This document shows, piece by piece, positions 55,001-64,000 of a stretch of DNA of 64,000 bases. Source of the DNA: Camelus ferus (taxonomy: Eukaryota); contig NC_045697.1 in NCBI RefSeq assembly GCF_009834535.1, forward strand, positions 119,538,001-119,602,000, read 5' to 3'. Both the position numbers and the translations under genes were made by a program. Within the stretch, counting starts at the first letter, position 1. Every line of letters starts with the position of its first letter. Below the pieces are notes generated by a model. The model saw only the letters and a list, made by a program, of their open reading frames with translations, made no database searches and was not told the origin of the DNA.

Positions 55001-58000
55001 TTCCCACATCTGGGATAACAGAAGAAACCTTTGTGTGTTTGATGGAGATGGGTAAACAAACTCCACGCATGTTTCAGGGGGCACAGGTGTTCCAAGGCTG
55101 TGGGACGTCGGAAAATTACCTCAAATTCTCATGGGGAGTATCTCACTGCTTCTATGAATTACATTCAAACCCACAGCTTTACCTCGCATCTAGGCGTGTG
55201 AAAACACTCACGTAAAAGAAAAAACAGGTGCTATTAGAACCCATGCGCTGCTGATATTTGTAGAATCCTCCCCACACTCAGGATAGCAGAACACATCTTT
55301 GTGTGTGTGATGGTGTAGAAAAATAAACTCCAGGCATATTTCTGGGGTACAGCTGTTCCCATGTTTGGAGATGTCGCCTAATTATCTCCAATGCCATTGG
55401 GGAGGCTATCTATACTTCTTCGCTTTGCAGACCATCTCCCAAATTTCCCTTACAGCCCAGCTTAAGAAAACACCTAGGGATCACAATATTAGTGATTCTT
55501 TCAGAAACCCGGTGCTGCTGTCTTTTGGAGATACAACACAGACACAAAATTCCGAAGGAAGGATTGGCTTTGGGGAGGTGTGGAGCCCCACACTACACAT
55601 ATGACTGTGGTACCAGATTTTCCTTGTTTATGAGAAGTTAGCTAATTAACTCTATAGTCAATCTCTGGGCACTCGTTGCTACTTGGCTTTCCAGCCGAAC
55701 CCCCAGCTATCCCTCGCAGCCCGCCCTGGAAAACATTCAGAGATAATAAGTTAAATTTTCTATTGGAACAGAAGCACTGCAGACCGTTGTAGGAACCTCC
55801 GCACACGCAGGATAACAGAAAAATTATTTTGTGTCTCATTGAGATGGTAAAAGCTCCACGCATGTTTCAGTGTGTACTGGTGTTCGTAGGTTGTGGGAGG
55901 TCAGATACATCCCACTACAGCCCATGGGGATGTACTCGCTCCTGCTTGGACTTCCAGACCATCCCCCAGTTTCCTATGCAACCCAGCCTGAGAAAACTTT
56001 CAGGAAATGTAGCTGAAGTTCCTATCAGAACCCCTGTGCTGCAGTCTGTTGTAGGAACTTCCACACACACAGGATTCCCAAACACGGCTTTGCTTGGAAG
56101 AATTTTGAAGCCCCAAACCACACACATGGCTGGGGGCAAAAGTTTTTCCCTGTTAGGGAGTAGTCCGCTAATTAGCTCAACAATCCATCTCGGGCACCCG
56201 CTACTAATTGGAATTCCAGCCCAGCCCCCATGTTTCACTTGCAGCACGGCCTGGGGTAAAACAGAGGGAAAAGAAGCTATTGGTGCAATTTGAACCCATG
56301 CCCTGCTGACAATTGTGGAAATCTTCGAACACTCAGGATAACAGAACATAACATTCTGTGTGTGATGGAGTAGGAAAACACACTCCAGGCATTTTTCTGG
56401 GGATCCAGGTTTTCCCAGGTTGGGAGATGTCGGCTAGATTCCTTCAGGTCCCATGGTGTGGCACTTTCTTCTTCTTCGTTTTCAAGCCCAACTCCCAACT
56501 GTCCCTTGCATCCCTGTCTTGGATTATACCCAGGGATGACAGTCTAATGATTTTATCAGAGCTACGATGCTGCTGTCTTTTTTAGGAACTTCCAGACCCT
56601 TAGGAATCTGGATCACGGCTATGCTTGGGGGTAGCTTTGGAGACCCACGGCACAGAGATGGCTGGGGGCACAGGTTTATCCCTGTTAGGGAGATGTCCGC
56701 TAATTACCTCCACTGTCCATCTCAGGTCACTCGCTGCTACATGGCTTTCCAGCAAAAGCGCAGCATTCCCTCGCAGGCCGGCCTGGGAAAACAATCACGG
56801 ATAATAAGCCAGTGGTTCTATTGGAACCCAGGTGCTGAAGAAAATTATAGGATACTTCCCACACCCAGGAAAAGAGAACACGTCTTTGTGTGTCTCATGC
56901 AGTTTGGTAAACATACTCCACGTGTGTTTCAGGGGTTAAGTTGTTCCTGGTTAGTGGGAGTTCAGGTAATTCCCTCCAATGCCCATGGGGAGGCACTCGC
57001 TCCTGTTGGCTTTCCAGCCCAACCCCCGGCTTTCCCTCTCAGCCTGGCCTGGGAAAACACTCAGGGATAATATGCTATTGGTTGTTTGGAACCCAGTCGC
57101 TACCTAAAGTTTTAGGCTCCTTCCCACATCTGGGATAACAGAAGAAATCTTTGTGTGTCTGATGGAGATGGGTAAATAAACTCCACGCATATTTCAGGGG
57201 GCACAGATATTCCAAGGCTGTGGGACGTCGGAAAATTACATCAAATTCTCATGGGGAGTAACTTGCTGCTTCAACGAATTTCAGAACAACCCACAGCTTT
57301 ACCTCGCAGCTAGGCGTGTGAAAACACTCACGGAAAAGGGAATACTGGTGCTAGTAGAACCCATGCGCTGCTGATATATGTAGAATCATCCCCACACTCA
57401 GGATATCAGAACACATCTTTGTGTGTGTGATGGTGTAGAAAAATAAACTACAGGCATATTTCTGGGGGTATAGCTGTTCCCAGGTTTGGAGATGTCGCCT
57501 AATTAACTCCACTGCCAATGGGGAGGCAATCTATACTTCTTCGCTTTGAAGACCATCTCCCAAATTTACCCTACAGCCCGGCCTATAAAACACCTAGGAA
57601 TGAAAATATTAATGATTCTATGAGAAAATGGGCGCTGCTCTCTGTTGGAGGTACAAAACAGACTGAAAATTCCGGAGCAAGTATTTCCTTTGGGGAGGTG
57701 TGGAGACCAACACCACAGGAGGCCTGGGGGCACAGTTACTCTTTGTCTGGGAGAAGTCCTCTAATTACCTCTACAGTCTATCTCTGGGCACTCGTTTCTA
57801 CTTGGTTTTCCAGCCGAACCCCCAGCTTTCCTTAGCAGCCCGCCCTGGAAAACACTCAGATATAATAAGTTAATTGTTCTATTGGAACACAAGCACTTCA
57901 GACCGTTTTAGGAACCTCCGCACACGCAGGATAAGAGAAAAATTTTTTTGTGTCTCATTGAGATTGTAAAAGCTCCACGCAAGTTTCAGTGTGTACTGGT

Positions 58001-60830
58001 TTTCCTTGGTTGTGGGAGTTCAGATACATCCCACAACATCCCATGGGGAATTATTCACTCCTGCTTGGATTTCCATTAAATCCCCCAGTTTATTTGGCAA
58101 CCTAGCCTGAGAAAACTATCAGGAAATATAGCTAAAGTTTCTATCAGAACCCCGGTGATGCAGTCTGTTGTAGGAACTTCCACACACACAGGATTCCCAA
58201 ACACGGCATTGCTTGGAAATTTTTGAAACCCCAATCCACACACATGGTTGGGGGCACAAGTTTCTCCCGGTTAGGGAGAAGTCCGCTAATTAGCTCTATA
58301 GTCCATCTCCGGCACACGCTGCTACTTGGATTCCAGCTCAACCCCCATGTTTCCCTTGCAGCCAGGCCTGGGCTAACACAGAGGGAAAAGAGGCTATTGG
58401 TGCTATTCGAACCCATGCCCTGCTGAAAATTGTGGAAACCTTCGAACACTCAGGATAACAGAACATATCTTTCTGTGTGTGATGGAGTAAGAAAACACAC
58501 TCCAGGCATTTTTCTGGGGATCCAGGTTTTCCCAGGTTGGGAGATGTCGGCTAGATACCTTCAGTTCCCATGGGGTGGCACTATCTACTTCTTCGTTTTC
58601 AAGCCCAACTCCCAGGTTTCCCTTGAAGCCCGGACAAGTGAAACACCCATGGATGACAAATAAGTGATTCTATCAGAACCCCGGCATTGCTGTGTGTTGG
58701 AGGAACCTCCAAACCTTCAGGATTCTGGAACAAGTCTTTGAGTGTGGGGAGTTGTGGAACTCCAATCCACGCAGTTGGATGGGGTCACAGATTTGTCCCT
58801 GTTAGGGAGAAGTCCGCTAATTACCTCCACAGTGCATCTTGGGGCACTCGCTGCTTCTTAGATTTTCAGTCTATTCCCCAGGAATCCCTGGCAACCCGGC
58901 ATTGTAAAACAGTCAGTGATAATAAGCTATGTTTCTATTGGAACCCAGGTGCTGCAGACAATTGTAGGAACCTCCCCACTCTCAGAATAACAGAACAATT
59001 ATTTGAGTGTCTGATTTAGATGGGTAAAGTAAATCCACGCATGTTTCAGGTTGTATAGGAGTTCCTAGGTTGTGGGAGTTCGGATATTTACATCCACTGT
59101 CCATGGGGAGTCCCTTGCAGTTGCTTGGATTCCAGCCCAACCCCCAGCGTTCCCTCGCATCCCGGCTTGTGAAAACACTCAGGGAAAAATGCTACAGATT
59201 CTATAACAACTAAGTAGCTCCTGACAGTTGTAGAAACCTCCCTAAACTAAGGAAAACAGAACATATCTTTCTGTGTGTGATGGTGTAGGAAAACACAGTA
59301 AGGCATGACTCTGGGTTGTAGGTGTTCGCAGGATGGGAAATGTTCGCTAATTAACTCCACTGCCCATGGGGAATCACTCTCTTCTTCTTCGATATCCAGC
59401 CCTTATCCTAGCAGTCCCTTGCAGCCCGACCGTGGAAAACACCCAGGGATGACAAACTAAATCATTCTATCAGAACCAGGGCGCTGCTGTTTGTTTGAGG
59501 AACCTCCAAACACTCAGGATTCCGGAACACGGATTTGCTTGGTGCGAATTGTGATGCCCCACAGCACACTCATTGCTGGGGCCCAAGATTTTCCCTTTTA
59601 GGCTCAAGTCCGCGAATTACCTCCATAGTCCATCTCGGGGCACTCGCTGCTACTTGGATTTCCAGCCCAAACCCAAGCTTTCCCTCTCAGACCGGCCTGG
59701 TAAAGCACACAGGGAAAATATGTTATTGGTTGTATTGGAACCCAGTCTATACCTACCGTTGTAGGAACCTTCCCACAACTAGGGTAAAAGAAGAAACATT
59801 TGTGGGTGTGATGGTGATGGGTAAACAAACTCTAAGCATGAATCAGGGGGCTTAGGAGTTCCAAGGTTGTGGGACGTCGGAAAATTAACTCAAATTCTCA
59901 TGGGGAGTATCTCGCTGCTGGTACGATTTACAGCCAAGCCCACAGCTTTAACTCGCAGCCAGGCCTGTGAAAACACTCACGGAAAACAAAATACTGGTGC
60001 TTCTAGAACAAAGGCGCTGCTGAAATTTGTAGAATCCTCCCCACACTCAGGATAGCAGAACAAATATTTGTGTGTGTGATGGTGTAGGAAAATACACTCC
60101 AGGAATGTTTCTGGGGGTACAGCTTTTCCCAGGATTGGAAATGGCGCCTAATTAACTCCATTTCAAATGGGGAGGCACTCTATACTTCTTCGCTTTCCAG
60201 ACAAACTCCCAGCTTTCCTTTGAAGCCCGGCCTAAGGAAACACCTAGGGATGACAATATTAGTGATTCTATCAGAAACCCCGCTCTGCTGCCTGTTGGAG
60301 GTACAAAACACACTCAAAATAACGGAACATGGCTTTGCTTGGTGGAGGTATGGAGACCAACACCACAATGTGCCTGGGGGCACAGTTTCTCTCTGTCTGG
60401 GTGAAGTCCGCTAATTACCTCTACAGTCAATTTCTGGGCAATCCTGTCTATTTGGCTTTCCAGCCGAACCCCCATTTTCCCTCACAGCCTGCCCTGGAAA
60501 ACACTCAGAGTTTATAAGCTAGTGGTTCTATTGGAACTCAGGCACTGCAGACAGTTGTAGGAAGCTCCGCACACGCAGGATAACAAAACACTTATTTTGT
60601 GTCTGATTGAGATTGTAAAACCCCACGCATGTTTCAGGGTGTACAGGTTTTCCTAGGTTGAGGTAGGTCCGATTATTCCCATTAATGCCCATGGGGTGGT
60701 AATCGCTCCTGATTGGATTTCCATCCCATCCCCTAGTTTGCCTTGCAACCCAGCCAGAGAAAACTGTCAGAAAATTTAGCTAAATTTTCTATTAGAACCC
60801 AGGCGCTGCTGAAAGATGTAGAAACCTCCC
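49080..60830. repeat. 27-monomer periodicity (~7.15 kb), about 1.6 copies
   Basis: ORF pairs 49208/56358 (+7150), 51077/58223 (+7146), 52426/59573 (+7147) and 52720/59867 (+7147). Shared private variants include CCGGTGATGCAGTC, AAATTTTTGAA and GGTAAATAAACTCCACGCATATT. Confidence 0.75.
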
Positions 60831-63800
60831 CATACACAGGGTAACAGAGCAAATCTTTCTGTGTGTGATGGACTAGGAAAACACATTTCAGGCATTTTTC
60901 TGGGGATCCAGTTTTTCCCAGGTTGGGAAATGTCGGCTAGATTCCTTCACTGCCCATTGGGATGCATTGACTTCTTCTTCGTTTTCAAGCCCAACTCCCA
61001 AATTTCCCTTGCATCCCGGTCTTGGATTATACCCAGGGATGACAGTCTAAGTGATTTAATCAGATCTACGATGCTGATGTCTTTTATAGGAACTTCCAGA
61101 CCCTTAGGAATCTGGATCACGGCTATGCTTGGGGGTAGCTTTGGAGACCCACGGCACAGAGATTGCTGGGGGCACAGATTTTTCCCTGTTAGGGAGATGT
61201 CCGCTAATTACCTCCAGAGTCCATCTCAGGTCACTCGCTGCTACATGGCTTTCCAGCAAAAGCGCAGCATTCCCTCGCAGGCCGGCCAGGGAAAACAATC
61301 ACGGATAATAAGCCAGTGGTTCTATTGGAACCCAGGTGCTGCAGAAAATTATAGGATACTACCCACACCCAGGAAAAGAGAACACGTCTTTGTGTGTCTC
61401 ATGCTGTTTGGTAAACATACTCCACGTGTGTTTCAGGGGTTAAGTTGTTCCTGGTTATTGGGAGTTCAGGTAATTCCCTCCAATGCCCATGGGGAGGCAC
61501 TCGCTCCTGTTGGCTTTCCAGCCCAACCCCCAGCTTTCCCTCTCAGCCTGGCCTGGGAAAACACTCAGGGATAATATGCTATTGGTTGTTTTGGAACCCA
61601 GTCGCTACCTAAAGTTTTAGGCTCCTTCCCACATCTGGGATAACAGAAGAAATCTTTGTGTGTCTGATGGAGATGGGTAAATAAACTCCACGCATATTTC
61701 AGGAGGCACAGATGTTCCAAGGCTGTGGGACGTCGGAAAATTACATCAAATTCTCATGGGGAGTAACTTGCTGCTTCAACGAATTTCAGAACAACCCACA
61801 GCTTTACCTCGCATCTAGGCATGTAAAAACACTCCCGTAAAAAAAATTTTGGTGCTATTAGAACCCAGGCGCTGCTGATATATGTAGAATCATCCCCACA
61901 CTCAGGATAACAGAACACATATTTGTGTGTGTTATGGTGTAGAAAAATAAACTCCAGGCATATTTCTGGGGGAACAGCTCTTCCCAGGTTTGTAGATGTC
62001 GCCTAAATATCTCCACTGCCAATGGGGAGGCAATTTACACTTCTTCGCTTTGAAGACCATCTTCCAAATTTTCCTTACAGCCCGGCCTAAAAAACACCTA
62101 GGTATTACAATATTAGTGATTCTATGAGAAAACAGGCGCTGCTGTCTGTTGGAGGTACAACACAGACTCAAAATTCCGGAGCAAGTATTTGCTAAGTGGA
62201 GGTGTGGAGACCAACACCACAAGATGCCTGGGGGCACAGTATCTCTCTGTCTGGGAGAAGTCCGCTAATTAAATCTACAGTCAATCTCTGGGCACTCGTT
62301 GCTACTTGGCTTTCCAGCCGAACCCCCAGCTTTCCCTCGCAGCCCGCCCTGGAAATCACTCAGAGATAATAAGTTAATGGTTCTAATGGAACACAAGCAC
62401 TGCAGACCGTTTTAGGAACCTCCGCACTTGCAGGATAACAGAAAAATTTTTTTGTGTCTCATTGAGATGGTAAAAGCTCCACGCATGTTTCAGAGTGTAC
62501 TTGTGTTCCTAGGTTGTGGGATGTCAGATACATCCCACTACAGCCCATGGGGAAGTAGTCAGTAATGCTTGGCTTTCCTGCCAATCCACCAGTTTCCTAT
62601 GCAACCCAGCCTGAGAAAACAGTCAGGAAATGTAGCTAAAATTTCTATCAGAACCCCAGTGCTGCAGTCTGTTGTAGGAACTTCCACACACACAGGATTC
62701 ACAAACACGGCTTTGCTTGGAAGAGTTTTGAAGCACCAATTCACACACATCGCTGGGGGCACAAGTTTTTCCCTGTTAGGGTGAATTCCGCTAATTAGCT
62801 CTACAGTCCATCTCGGGCAACTTCTGCTACTTGGAATTCCAGCCCAACCCCCATGTTTCCCTTGCAGCCGGGCCTGGTGTAAAACAGAGGAAAAAGAAGC
62901 TATTGGTGCTATTCGAACCCATGCCTTGCTGACAATTGTGGAAAACTTCGAACACTCAGGATAACAAAACACATCTTTCTGTGTGTGATGGAGTAGGGAA
63001 ACACACTCCAGGCCATTTTCTGGGGATCCAGGTTTTCCCAGGTTTGGAAATGCCGGCTAGATTCCTTCAGTGCCCATGGGGTGGCACTGTATTCTTCTTC
63101 GTTTTCAAGCCCAACTCCCAGTTTCCCTTGCAGGCCGCACAATTGAATCACCCATAGATGACCAATAAGTGATCCTATCAGAACCCCGGCGTTGCTGTCT
63201 GTTGGAGGAACTTCCAAAACTTCAGGATTCTGGAACACGTCTTTGAGTGTGGGGAGCTGTGGAACCCCAATCCACGCAGATGGATGGGGTCACAGATTTG
63301 TCCCTGTTAGGGAGAAGTCCGCTAATTACCTCCAAATTGCATCTTGGGGCACTCGATGCTTCTTAGATTTTCAGTCTATCCCCCAGTATTCACTCGCAGC
63401 CCGGCCTTTTAAAACACTCAGTGATAATAAGCTAGGTTTCTATTGGAACCCAGGTGCTGCAGACAATTGTAGGAACTTCCCCACACTCAGAATAACAGAA
63501 CAATATTTTGAGTGTCTGATTTAGATGGGGAAACTAAATCCTCGCATGTTTCAGGTTTTATAAGCGTTCCTATGTTGTGGGAGGTCGGATATTTACATCC
63601 ACTGTCCATGGGGAATCCCTTGCAGTTGCTTGGATTCCAGCCAAACCCCCAGCGTTCCCTCGCATCCCGGCCTGTGAAAACACTCAGGGAAAAAAAGCTA
63701 CAGATTCTAAACAACTAAGGCGCTCCTGACAGTTGTAGAATCCTCCCTACACTAAGGAAAACAGAACACAGCATTGTGTGTGTGATCGAGTAGGAAAACA

Positions 63801-64000
63801 CAGTAAAGCATGTTTCTGGGGTGCAGGTGTTCGCAGGATGGGAAATGTTGGCTAATTATCTCCACTGCCCATGGGGAAGCACTCTCTTCTTCTTCGATAT
63901 CCAGCCCTATTCCTAGCATTCCCTTGCAGCCCGACCGTCGAAAACACCCAGGGATGAGATACTATATTATTCTATCAGAACAAGAGGGCTGCTGTATGTT

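Larger units (their letters stand above)
21115..64000. repeat. Tandem satellite array, same ~265-bp family and orientation, diverged and rearranged HOR domain (right contig)
   Basis: The same anchors continue at ~265-bp spacing to the window end. It carries extra subtypes absent on the left, e.g. GATTATTCCCATTAATG, GGTAGCTTTGGAGACCC, GGGAGTTCGGGTAATTCC and GGCCCAAGATTTTCCCTTTT. I saw no non-satellite insertion. Confidence 0.97.

Noticed and set aside
201..63718. Hundreds of 60-250 aa ORFs on both strands
   Set aside because: They are translations of the same satellite monomers in all frames, many starting at GTG/TTG. Stops and frameshifts differ between near-identical copies, and I recognise no domain or splice structure.
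1..64000. CRISPR-like or recombination-cassette array (conserved motif plus variable segments)
   Set aside because: The segments between anchors are homologous along their whole length rather than unique spacers. The period is 265 bp and no cas, recombinase or reverse transcriptase gene is present.
1..64000. Tandem RNA-gene cluster (5S, tRNA, snRNA, snoRNA) or primate alpha-satellite
   Set aside because: No recognisable RNA gene sequence or A/B-box plus terminator layout. The monomer length and sequence do not match the 171-bp alpha-satellite.

Overview
The whole 64-kb window is one tandem satellite DNA array of a ~265-bp monomer, in the same orientation throughout and interrupted only by a 100-N assembly gap (21015-21114). 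I find no credible protein-coding gene, RNA gene, transposon or CRISPR array; the ORF track is a by-product of the repeat. The architecture is nested. Three monomer classes (A, B, C) and their subtypes build higher-order repeats (HORs). Left of the gap is a homogeneous 26-monomer HOR of ~6.9 kb (3 copies plus a fragment), made of two diverged 13-mers ordered ABABC-ABC-ABABC. Right of the gap is a more diverged array based on a 19-mer of ~5.04 kb. It has been reshuffled by whole-monomer deletions and duplications into a second, differently composed 26-mer (~6.89 kb), a 27-mer (~7.15 kb) and a 32-34 kb long-range duplication. It also holds one orphan copy of the left-type 13-mer that looks intermediate between the two halves of the left HOR. 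The monomer is rich in short dyads, one with an apparent compensatory change between classes, and I saw no intact CENP-B box. The pattern resembles (peri)centromeric or other heterochromatic satellite of a eukaryote, probably a vertebrate; that is inference and I cannot name the species. All mapping was done by eye, so internal boundaries are approximate (tens of bp).
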